Of a DNA stretch of 32,000 bases, positions 1 through 8,217 are shown piece after piece. The notes under the pieces are model-generated. The model was not told where the DNA came from. It searched no databases and worked only from the letters and a program-made list of their open reading frames with translations. The DNA lies in assembly GCA_030149205.1 (NCBI GenBank), contig JASBSB010000004.1, forward strand, positions 239,078-271,077, read 5' to 3'. This DNA is from Candidatus Heimdallarchaeota archaeon. GTDB lineage: Archaea > Asgardarchaeota > Heimdallarchaeia > Heimdallarchaeales > Kariarchaeaceae. Every line of letters starts with the position of its first letter. The stretch's first letter is position 1. Made by a program: the position numbers and the translations under genes.

Positions 1-660
1 TGATGCATGGGTATGGAACATTAACCCTCTTTTCTTAGCCTCCTTAGAAGCGTTTCTCATCAATTCAGGTGTACATGTGGGAAGAAATCGCGGTGTGTAG
101 CTAAACTGAAGCTTTCCATCCTTGGGGTATTTATCTGCCAACATATTAGCCTCTTTTAACGCATCTTCTGCGTCTTGTCTGAGAGAATCTGGGCAATTTC
201 GATCCATCAGCATTTTACCAATTCTACCTCGAATCCCAAGAGCTTCAGCAGCTTTAAACACTTGATCAGTATGGTATACACTACCCATATCGTTGGTACA
301 AGTCACTCCTGAGCTGATCATTTCTGCATAACCTACAATTGACGAATGAAACGCGTCTTTTGATGTTAAAGCACCTTCTCCTGGAAGTATCACCTGATTT
401 AACCAATCTAAAAGCTCTAATTCATCACCAGCACCTCTGAATATTGATTGAATTGCATGAGAGTGTGTATTTACAAAACCTGGTAGAATAAGGAGATTCT
501 CGCCTCCCATAATAGAAGATACATCGACCTCAGGGTTTCGATCAATAACATTCTGAAATTTTCCAATATCAAAAATTCGATTACCCTTGACTAAAATTAA
601 ACCATCTGTTAGAATGGGAAGGTCAACTGATTGTATAATCATTCCTCTGTAACCAAACAT
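1..660 (-). CDS. Amidohydrolase, MTA/SAH/5'-deoxyadenosine deaminase-like (runs off the left edge; absent from the ORF track)
   Basis: Manual translation from ATG at 660 stays open to base 1: MFGYRGMIIQSVDLPILTDGLILVKGNRIFDIG...ILPGFVNTHSHAIQSIFRGAGDELELLDWLNQVILPGE...SGVTCTNDMG...QFSYTPRFLPTCTPEL...GLMFHTHAS. The PGFVNTHSH metal motif and the later HTH ligand are typical of the family. Confidence 0.9.
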   Translation of the reverse strand, partial: MFGYRGMIIQSVDLPILTDGLILVKGNRIFDIGKFQNVIDRNPEVDVSSIMGGENLLILPGFVNTHSHAIQSIFRGAGDELELLDWLNQVILPGEGALTSKDAFHSSIVGYAEMISSGVTCTNDMGSVYHTDQVFKAAEALGIRGRIGKMLMDRNCPDSLRQDAEDALKEANMLADKYPKDGKLQFSYTPRFLPTCTPELMRNASKEAKKRGLMFHTHAS

Positions 661-829
661 GTGTTTACCTTAATTCTAACAATTGAGTCTATTATAACTA
701 TTAAGATTCATTTTTCAATATAAATCAAGTATAGAGTGAATCTTTACATAAAGAGATTTTACAAATTTGATTATTAGCTATTCAGAGTAAATTTTTATTT
801 CTATTAATTGAACCTATTGGATTCAAATT

Positions 830-1264
830 TTATTCAACATCAGAATCCCCTAAGTATAATTGCCAACTGATACCATAAGGGTCTTTCACCATCCCAAACA
901 GATCTGCAAAAAACTCTTTTTTCAGAGGCATAGCAATTTGCCAGCCTGCCTTCTCGGCATTACTATATGTTTCCTTGATGGATTTTTCATCATCAAAGTG
1001 AATAAGTATATCTACATTGTTATTAGGCTCTTTCTCATCTGGTTTATTCAAATTATCTGCGAGGTACAAAACAGCATCTCCAATTTTCAATACTGCATGC
1101 ATGGTCGAATTATCGAAGTCAAAGTTCTCAGGTAAACCCCATTGCTTTGCTACCTCCTCACTGACCTTTTCTCTTCCAGCTAAATTTGCATTAAGTACCT
1201 TCTTATACTCTTCAATTGCATCTATAGCTCTAGGAACTCCTAAGTATGGTGTTATGCGAACCAT
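830..1264 (-). CDS. VOC/glyoxalase family protein (PhnB-like)
   Basis: ITPYL...AIEEYKKVL, STMHAVLKIGDAVLYLAD, FFADLFGMVKDPYGISWQL match the PhnB/3-demethylubiquinone-9 3-methyltransferase-like VOC pattern. Confidence 0.88.
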   Translation of the reverse strand: MVRITPYLGVPRAIDAIEEYKKVLNANLAGREKVSEEVAKQWGLPENFDFDNSTMHAVLKIGDAVLYLADNLNKPDEKEPNNNVDILIHFDDEKSIKETYSNAEKAGWQIAMPLKKEFFADLFGMVKDPYGISWQLYLGDSDVE

Positions 1265-1433
1265 GACAAAAAATATTCAAAAAGTATTAAAATTTTTAGT
1301 TCGCAGAGAGAATTGAAAGTGAACAAATGTAGGACAAATATACTGTTGTCTTGTTATTTTTTAGATTTTTGATGGCAAAGTATTCGATATTCAATTTAGA
1401 AATCCTTTATTACTCTAATTAAATATGAAACCT

Positions 1434-1862
1434 ATGACCAAGGTTATTCCTTATGTAATGGTGAAAAACGCATTAAACGCAATTAATACTTACACAGAGG
1501 TATTTGATGCTAAGGTTCTGATGCGTGAGAAATTTAATGAACATGTAGCTAAAGATATGAATCTCCCCAAAGATTTTGATTTTGAAAATTCCACAATGCA
1601 CGCGAGGATTCAAGTCGGTGACACACTAATTTATCTTTCTGATGACCCAGAAGCTGAAACCAAAACTAATCAAATTGAATTAAATATCGAGTTCTCTTCA
1701 GAAGAAGAAATTAAGAAGGTATTTGAAAAATGTAAATCAAAAGGTTGGTACATTGGAATGAACCTAGATAAGATGTTCTGGGGAGCATTATATGCCAAAG
1801 TGAAAGACCCCTTTGGTATTGGTTGGCAGTTTAATTTCGAGCTTCCAAAAGATGCAAAATAA
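1434..1862 (+). CDS. VOC/glyoxalase family protein (PhnB-like), paralog of 830-1264
   Basis: VIPYV...NSTMHARIQVGDTLIYLSD...FWGALYAKVKDPFGIGWQF. The start at 1434 (MTKVIPY) aligns with the paralog (MVRITPY) and fits a TTTATTAC box at 1406-1413. The track start of 1425 is also possible. Confidence 0.88.
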   Translation: MTKVIPYVMVKNALNAINTYTEVFDAKVLMREKFNEHVAKDMNLPKDFDFENSTMHARIQVGDTLIYLSDDPEAETKTNQIELNIEFSSEEEIKKVFEKCKSKGWYIGMNLDKMFWGALYAKVKDPFGIGWQFNFELPKDAK

Positions 1863-1923
1863 ATCCACGAATATACTTTGTTGTCAAAATAATCTAATAA
1901 ATCAAATTATGCATTCCTAAATA

Positions 1924-2376
1924 GTGACAATTCAAGAAAAGAATAAATTATCATTGGCTAACTTAAGCATTTTGCACAAAATTTCAGAAGCATTGATAGG
2001 TGTTAAGGAACTTGAAATGGATAATACAATTGATAATGAAATTCAAAAATTTTATGAAGCTCTACCCACCCTACTACAAGATAGTCTGGCCAATGCTATA
2101 AACTTGTGTGGAGGTAGAATTATCCCCGTTTTGTATCTTAAATCATTTCATAAACTGATTAACTTGTCTGTAGAATCTCAGATAGACCTATTTTCAAAAA
2201 TGAGTATGAGTAGGATTGGATTATTCAGAACGTTAGTAGTTGCAACAAAATCAATATTAGGTTGGGCATTTTACGCACGAGAAGAAGTGTGGTCGGAACT
2301 TGAGATACCAGGTAAAACAATAGGTAGAGAAGAGGAGATAATCTTGTTAATCCATCCACCCAAGGAGGAGAATTAA
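1924..2376 (+). CDS. GMC oxidoreductase accessory/N-terminal-like domain (long-chain alcohol oxidase N-terminus / gluconate 2-DH subunit 3-like)
   Basis: GTG start. The C-terminal half (INLSVESQIDLFSKMSMSRIGLFRTLVVATKSILGWAFYAREEVWSELEIPG) follows the 'L..e.R...L..w..S....R.......K......FY....W..i.YPG' pattern I recall for domains preceding GMC flavoproteins. It abuts the GMC gene in frame. Confidence 0.7.
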   Translation: MTIQEKNKLSLANLSILHKISEALIGVKELEMDNTIDNEIQKFYEALPTLLQDSLANAINLCGGRIIPVLYLKSFHKLINLSVESQIDLFSKMSMSRIGLFRTLVVATKSILGWAFYAREEVWSELEIPGKTIGREEEIILLIHPPKEEN

Positions 2377-3909
2377 TTGTCAACTGAGCAATCTGAACCA
2401 GATCTAACAAAACAGTTTGATGTTATTATCATAGGTTCTGGTGCTGGAGGAAGCATTTCTGCGGCTCATATCACAAAAATGGGTCTATCTGTTCTCATGA
2501 TTGAAGAGGGGAAAGTTGTGAGAGATCATGATTTTAACCAAAATGAAAGCCAAATGGTCAGAGAGATGTATAGATATGGGGGTGCATTAGCTACTGATGA
2601 TATGAGCATTAAAATACTTCAGGGAAAAGTTTGGGGTGGTTCAACAACCATCAACTGGATGAATTGTTTTCGAACACCTGAAAATGTTCTGATTGAGTGG
2701 GAAGACAAATTTGGATTGGAGCAATATACAAATGGTACACTGAAGCCCATATTTGAAGGCATTGAAAAGCGTATGTCAGTTCATGAGGTGATAAGTCATA
2801 ACCCACAGAACCAGCTCATAGAGAAAGGATGTGAGGCTCTGGGGATAGAGTCATCTAACTGTCATAATAATTCTAAAGAGTGTATTGAATGTGGAAAGTG
2901 TGGATTGGGATGTTCATACAATGCTAAACAAGACATGAGAATGACATACCTTAGTGACGCTGTCTCTGCTGGGTTGCAATTCATAACCAGACATCGGGTT
3001 GAAAAGATCAAATATATTGACTTGAATACTCAAAAAGTACTCTGTACGAACTTGATGACTGGTGAGACTTTGACAGTCTCTGGAAAAAGAACAATCATCT
3101 CTGCCGGAGCAATATTCACCCCTTTGATCCTGCAACGTTCAGGATTAATTAATTCAAAAACTCTTGGTAATTTTTTACATCTTCATCCTGTTGTTGCCTC
3201 ATTGGGAATATATTCTGACAAAAAATATCCCACATATGGAGCACCACAAACCAAGTACAGTGATCAAAATATTACGATGAATGAAAATTATGGTTTTTGG
3301 CAAGAGGCACCAGATTTAGAGGTATTTCTGGCAGGTGTGAATTTTCCTGGAATGGGAAAAGAAAGACGGGAAAAACTCAAAATGATTAACAATTCTGCTG
3401 TTATTATAACTCTAACAAGAGATGGATCAGATTACAGGTCACATGGTTCAGTAAAATACATAAGGGGTTTCAATTCACAAACTGGAATGTTCTCCCTAAA
3501 GAAACAACCATCAATCAGATATAAACCAAGTGAAAAGGACTTTCAAACAATGTTAGAAGGTTTAAAGAATGCTATTAAGATACATTTTGCAGCTGGAGCC
3601 TTAGAAGTAACCCCCTTGCATAGTTCTGGGTTCACATTAAAGAAGGAGTCTGATATTTCCACCTTCTTCAAGTATCCAATGAAACCAAACACTCTCACTA
3701 TGTTTAGCGCTCATCCTACAGGTACTGCTAGAATTGGTGTTTCTCATCAGATGGGAACTGTTACAGAGGGCCTAGAGTTACATGATTACCCAGGCGTTTT
3801 CGTGATGGATGGGTCTGTTCTACCAACTGCTCCAGGTGTTAACCCCATGATTACTATCTTAGCTGTTATCAAAAGAGGTTTACAGGTCAGTGAAGACAGA
3901 ATTCAATAA
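2377..3909 (+). CDS. GMC-family FAD oxidoreductase, long-chain fatty alcohol oxidase-like
   Basis: DVIIIGSGAGG Rossmann motif, GKVWGGSTTIN, Cys cluster CIECGKCGLGC, catalytic SAHPTGTARIG and PTAPGVNPMITI. TTG start with GGAGG at 2364-2368. Confidence 0.92.
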   Translation: MSTEQSEPDLTKQFDVIIIGSGAGGSISAAHITKMGLSVLMIEEGKVVRDHDFNQNESQMVREMYRYGGALATDDMSIKILQGKVWGGSTTINWMNCFRTPENVLIEWEDKFGLEQYTNGTLKPIFEGIEKRMSVHEVISHNPQNQLIEKGCEALGIESSNCHNNSKECIECGKCGLGCSYNAKQDMRMTYLSDAVSAGLQFITRHRVEKIKYIDLNTQKVLCTNLMTGETLTVSGKRTIISAGAIFTPLILQRSGLINSKTLGNFLHLHPVVASLGIYSDKKYPTYGAPQTKYSDQNITMNENYGFWQEAPDLEVFLAGVNFPGMGKERREKLKMINNSAVIITLTRDGSDYRSHGSVKYIRGFNSQTGMFSLKKQPSIRYKPSEKDFQTMLEGLKNAIKIHFAAGALEVTPLHSSGFTLKKESDISTFFKYPMKPNTLTMFSAHPTGTARIGVSHQMGTVTEGLELHDYPGVFVMDGSVLPTAPGVNPMITILAVIKRGLQVSEDRIQ

Positions 3910-3963
3910 ATGTTGTACTTTTCCAAAATATACATTGACTAGCAAATTATTTTTAAACCCTAA

Positions 3964-4944
3964 ATGAACTTTTCACGTGTGAAATTTAAATCCATAAGTT
4001 TCCTAACATTGATTGGTTTGTTAATCCTCATGCCATTAAACAATTCCCAAGCATGGGGCTATTCTGTTCATAAAGAGCTAGTATCAAGGTCAAATGTTGA
4101 GTTACCAACTTCTTTTGTTGAATTTGTAAATTCATATCTTAAAGAATTAAAAGAAGCGTCAATATACCCTGACCAAAATAAGGCTGTAGACCCAACAGAA
4201 GGACCTAAGCATTACGATGATTCTGATGTCCCTCACAAAGATATCAATATATCATCTTCCCACCCAGACTATAAACTTGGAGTTGTTTCATGGGCAGTCT
4301 TAAATTCAAGTAAACTCTTGACAAAAGCTTTAGTTGAAATAAATGCAACCAAAATCATTCATGCCATGGGATTGATTTCTCATTACGTAACAGATGCTCA
4401 TCAGCCCTTTCATGCCACTGAAAATTATGATGGTCAACTAACTGGAAATGAAGGTATTCACTCAAGATTTGAAACAATTTTAGTTGAAAAAAATTGGGAT
4501 CAATTATTTTCTAATTTTTCTTTAAATTCCCCTAATTACATCTCAGACCCATATAACGCCACAAAACAAGTAATTAAGTCAGGTTTAGAATTGGTACCAA
4601 CAATATTGAAAGCTGATGATGATGCTAAAGCAAGTGGAAATTACTGGAAATCCTTTTTTAATCTCACAAGAGGTATTCTACATAATAGAATGGTATTAGC
4701 TTCACAGCTAACCACTGACCTTTGGTATACCTCTTTGAATAACTCAAATATGATCAGCTATAATTTCACCAATATAATCAACCCTGCAAGCAGTTCATTA
4801 ACAACTACAACTGGAACAAATCCGCAAGCAAAAACAAGTCTAAGCCCATCAATCACAAATAATAGATCTGTTAATTTCCTTGTCTCTGTCACTGTGATTT
4901 CTTTAGCTTCAATCATTATATTATTTAGAAAAAAGACAGTTTAG
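3964..4944 (+). CDS. Secreted, C-terminally anchored S1/P1 nuclease / Zn-dependent phospholipase C family protein
   Basis: Signal peptide ending SQA|WGYSVH (N-terminal Trp/His Zn ligands), YPD, HYDD, HYVTDAHQPFHAT, HSRFE, then a Ser/Thr linker, a hydrophobic helix and an RKK tail. Confidence 0.85.
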   Translation: MNFSRVKFKSISFLTLIGLLILMPLNNSQAWGYSVHKELVSRSNVELPTSFVEFVNSYLKELKEASIYPDQNKAVDPTEGPKHYDDSDVPHKDINISSSHPDYKLGVVSWAVLNSSKLLTKALVEINATKIIHAMGLISHYVTDAHQPFHATENYDGQLTGNEGIHSRFETILVEKNWDQLFSNFSLNSPNYISDPYNATKQVIKSGLELVPTILKADDDAKASGNYWKSFFNLTRGILHNRMVLASQLTTDLWYTSLNNSNMISYNFTNIINPASSSLTTTTGTNPQAKTSLSPSITNNRSVNFLVSVTVISLASIIILFRKKTV

Positions 4945-5287
4945 TCTATAGAATTTTGTCCATTCAATTAATTTTAAACAAATTATATAAAATCCAAAAT
5001 CAACCTTGGAAAATTAAAGAAAAACCTATAATCGATCAAATTCAATACTCATAAGTATTAATTTGAATAGATTAAAAATAGCAACTCTGGCTTTCAGATT
5101 TTAATTCTAATCAATCCAAAATATCTTTCAAATTATCTAAGCCTTCAAATTTACTGTTTTGTTCAAACAAATGTCAAAAAAATATACAACTTTAATTTAG
5201 ATATTATCCTGAATCTTTTTCCTATGTACTTAAAAATTAATGATTGAAATTAGTTTATTTATAAATTTAGAGGAAATTTAAAATTGC

Positions 5288-6322
5288 TTATATTACTACC
5301 TTGGAAGCGTCTACGATGCCAAATGTGTCTTTTGCACCTTCAACCAAAGATCTGATTTGTGATCCAGTGAATGTGGGGTGCTTTGCCCATGCAAGAGCAG
5401 CGACTCCAGCAACGTGAGGTGTAGCCATTGAGGTACCAGAAATAGTATTGTAAGTACCACCGAGCCATGTAGATTCTACGTTGACACCAGGTGCAAGGAT
5501 TGTTTCTCCTCTGTTAGAGAACCATGCGATAGCGTTAGAGCTATCAACTGCACCTACTTTGATGACTCCAGGATATGCTGCGGGGTAGCTGGGGGAAGGT
5601 GCAGCATCATTTCCTGTTGCAGCAACTACAACAACGTTGTAAGCAAGTGCATGGTTGATAGCATTCTGCAGCTCTACTGTTCCAGAAGGACCACCAAGAG
5701 ACATTGAGATGACATCAGCATCATCAGCAGTTCCAGGGATACCATCTGGCCCATTAGTTGCCATGGTAATAGACTGTGCGATAGCAGAGTAAGAACCTGA
5801 TCCACTGTCATCAAGCCCCTTAAAGATGTAAAAGTTGACTTGTGGAGCTACACCAACAACGCCAAAGGTGTTGTCAAGTGCACCAATAGTCCCAGCCACG
5901 TGTGTACCGTGACCATTTCCATCCAAGCAAGGTGCTGGATTAACAGTTGTACAGGCTAAGTTAGCAGGTGTGTTGCCTTGATAGAAGCTGTGTCCCCAAA
6001 GGAATTTTCCAGCAAGATCTGGATGATTATAATCCAAACCAGTGTCTATTATAGCAACTTTTATTCCACTTTCATCAACAGCAGCTGCTGCGGCAGGTGC
6101 ATTGATCCTTGCGATACCCCAAGGAACTACCTGACCAGAAGGTGGTGGTGGCGGTGGTGGTGGTGGAGGTGCAGGAGCACCGTCATCACAGTTACCATCA
6201 CACAAAAGCGACACTTGATTATTCTGTGTATCAATTGCAGAGACTGAATTCACAAGGAATATACTTGCAATGAACAACATAACCAAGGATATTGACAAAA
6301 GTTTTAGTTTTTTGTTTGTCAT
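5288..6322 (-). CDS. Secreted S8 subtilase (Tk-subtilisin-like), copy 1, no recognisable propeptide
   Basis: Signal peptide; triad IIDTG, HGTHVAG, GTSMATPHVAG; oxyanion ATGND; 10 consecutive Pro before QVVPWGI. Confidence 0.95.
   Translation of the reverse strand: MTNKKLKLLSISLVMLFIASIFLVNSVSAIDTQNNQVSLLCDGNCDDGAPAPPPPPPPPPPSGQVVPWGIARINAPAAAAAVDESGIKVAIIDTGLDYNHPDLAGKFLWGHSFYQGNTPANLACTTVNPAPCLDGNGHGTHVAGTIGALDNTFGVVGVAPQVNFYIFKGLDDSGSGSYSAIAQSITMATNGPDGIPGTADDADVISMSLGGPSGTVELQNAINHALAYNVVVVAATGNDAAPSPSYPAAYPGVIKVGAVDSSNAIAWFSNRGETILAPGVNVESTWLGGTYNTISGTSMATPHVAGVAALAWAKHPTFTGSQIRSLVEGAKDTFGIVDASKVVI
6140..6169 (-). repeat. CCN trinucleotide tract encoding 10 Pro
   Basis: + strand agg tgg tgg tgg cgg tgg tgg tgg tgg agg. 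Confidence 0.9.
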
Positions 6323-6345
6323 TTTCGTACCTTTTTGTTTTGTGT

Positions 6346-6365
6346 TTGGGAAGAATACTTCCCAA
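6346..6365. promoter_or_regulatory. Perfect 8-bp inverted repeat near the predicted transcription start of subtilase 1
   Basis: ttgggaag-aata-cttcccaa, about 17 nt downstream of the TATA box. Confidence 0.55.
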
Positions 6366-6382
6366 TGAAGCTGATATTCGAA

Positions 6383-6410
6383 CTATAAAAGTGTTTTGCA
6401 TAAATAAAAT
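6383..6410 (-). promoter_or_regulatory. BRE/TATA promoter with upstream ATTTTATTTATGC motif (subtilase 1)
   Basis: Minus strand attttatttatgcaaaacac-ttttatag. The same arrangement lies upstream of two other genes in the cluster. Confidence 0.6.
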
Positions 6411-6646
6411 ATATTGTAAAATTTAATTTATTTTTGGAATTACTAATTTACCATTCTCTATCAAAGACAGCATTTTGTTATTTCCCAAATTTGATGTTTC
6501 AAAAATTCAAAACATTCCAATTTTTTTATACTTTTGAATTTGAAAATGGACTTGTTGAATTAAAATTAGACATAAGACCTTAAAGTCAGATAAACTATGA
6601 AAATTTAGATTTGTATATCTTGTTTATTAATGTAATTTGAATTCTT

Positions 6647-7975
6647 TTATACAACTACCTTAGATGCGTCTACTATACCAAATGTATCCTTTGCGCCTTC
6701 AACGAGAGCTCTGATCTGAGCGCCAGTAAATGTGGGATGTTTTGCCCAGGCAAGAGCAGCAACTCCAGCGACGTGAGGTGTAGCCATTGAGGTACCAGAG
6801 ATAGTATTATAGGTACCACCTAACCATGTAGATTCTACATCAACACCAGGAGCAAGAATTGTCTCACCTCTGTTTGAGAACCAAGCAATCGCATTATTAA
6901 TATCTACTGCTCCAACTTTGATGACTCCAGGATATGCTGCGGGGTAGCTGGGGGTAGAAGCAGCATCATTACCAGTTGCTGCAACTATAACAACATTGTA
7001 AGCTAATGCATGATTAATTGCATTTTCTAACTCAACTGTTCCTGAGGGGCCACCAAGTGACATTGAGATAACATCAGCATCATCAGCAGTTCCAGGAATA
7101 CCATCTGGCCCATTTGTTGCCATGGTGATAGACTGTGCAATAGCAGAGTAAGAGCCAGACCCACTGTCATCAAGTCCCTTAAAGATGTAAAACTTGACTT
7201 GTGGAGCTACACCAACCACACCAAAGGTGTTGTCGAGTGCACCAATAGTTCCAGCCACGTGTGTTCCGTGACCATTTCCATCTAAACATGGTGCTGGGCT
7301 TGTAGTTGTGCAAGCTAAACTAGTAGGTGTGTTGCCTTGATAGAAGCTGTGTCCCCAAAGGAACTTTCCAGCTAGGTCTGGATGGTTATAATCCAAACCA
7401 GTGTCTATGATTGCAACAATTATTCCACTTTCATCAACAGCAGCAGCTGCGGCAGGCGCATTGATCCTTGAGATACCCCAAGGTGTGACCTGGCTAGATG
7501 GAGGCGGGGGTGGTGGTGCTGTATTGTCAACAGAGAATGTACCTGTAGCGGTTCCTGTGTTCAATGCGGCATCAGATGCCCTCATGTCAATGGTATGTGC
7601 GCCATCTATAAGAGTTGTTGTGTCTAAAGATGCAGTCCATTGAGAGCCAGCAATTAAGCTCATTGCAGTCCATGGTCCAGAATCAACACGGTAATCAGCG
7701 GAAGTAACACCAATGTTATCTGTGATTGAACCCTCTACCACTACAGTTCCTGCAACTAATCCAGTTGGAGAAACTATCGTAACTGTTGGGGGGGTTGTAT
7801 CAGTTGGTGGTGGAGGAGGTGGTAAAATAGGTGTATCATTATCACACTCTCCATCACAAAACAATTCTACCTGTCTGTGTTGTTCAACACTTGCAGTTGC
7901 AGCAGATAGCAACAGACTGCTAGAAATAAACAACAATACAAGGCTTAGTGAAATTAGTTTTTTGTTTTTTGTCAT
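6647..7975 (-). CDS. Secreted S8 subtilase, copy 2, with an Ig-like domain between two poly-Pro tracts
   Basis: Catalytic domain nearly identical to copy 1. The start is revised from 8038 to 7975 (MTKNKKLI) because both copies share the leader AAAG(A)GGTACGAAAATGAC and the N-terminus. The Ig-like segment is DTTPPTVTIVSP...DGAHTIDMRASD...VDN. Confidence 0.93.
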   Translation of the reverse strand: MTKNKKLISLSLVLLFISSSLLLSAATASVEQHRQVELFCDGECDNDTPILPPPPPPTDTTPPTVTIVSPTGLVAGTVVVEGSITDNIGVTSADYRVDSGPWTAMSLIAGSQWTASLDTTTLIDGAHTIDMRASDAALNTGTATGTFSVDNTAPPPPPPSSQVTPWGISRINAPAAAAAVDESGIIVAIIDTGLDYNHPDLAGKFLWGHSFYQGNTPTSLACTTTSPAPCLDGNGHGTHVAGTIGALDNTFGVVGVAPQVKFYIFKGLDDSGSGSYSAIAQSITMATNGPDGIPGTADDADVISMSLGGPSGTVELENAINHALAYNVVIVAATGNDAASTPSYPAAYPGVIKVGAVDINNAIAWFSNRGETILAPGVDVESTWLGGTYNTISGTSMATPHVAGVAALAWAKHPTFTGAQIRALVEGAKDTFGIVDASKVVV

Positions 7976-8045
7976 TTTCGTACCTCTTTGCACGTTTTGT
8001 GAATATTTCACAGGGATGTAATCCCTAAGTCGTATCAAAACACTG

Positions 8046-8076
8046 ATTTAAAAACTATTTGCGCAAAAAATAAAAT
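8046..8076 (-). promoter_or_regulatory. BRE/TATA promoter with shared motif (subtilase 2)
   Basis: Minus strand attttattttttgcgcaaatag-tttttaaat. Contains the palindrome TTTGCGCAAA (8058-8067). Confidence 0.6.
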
Positions 8077-8217
8077 CATCAAGATTCAAAGTTAATTTTT
8101 GCAATAAATTATTCTGAAATATAAAATTATCTAATTTAGGCGACTATTGTTTATCAAAACTATGATTTTTAATTAGAATTTTCGTATTTTTGTAATTTTT
8201 CAATGCAATAATTCAAA

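Noticed and set aside
703-744. Inverted repeat aagattca...tgaatctt upstream of the amidohydrolase
   Set aside because: An 8-bp match with a 26-nt spacer in very AT-rich DNA, single occurrence; compatible with chance.
2374-2376. Selenocysteine or pyrrolysine recoding at the GMC junction
   Set aside because: The stop is TAA; Sec uses TGA and Pyl uses TAG.
7997-8013. Rex- or CRP-like site TTGTGAA-TAT-TTCACA
   Set aside because: The spacer is one base short for both (Rex N4, CRP N6), and neither regulator is expected or seen. Noted only as a palindrome.
7976-8038. Track's 21-aa N-terminal extension of subtilase 2
   Set aside because: It overlaps the predicted TSS and leader hairpins, and the paralog fixes the start at MTKNKK.
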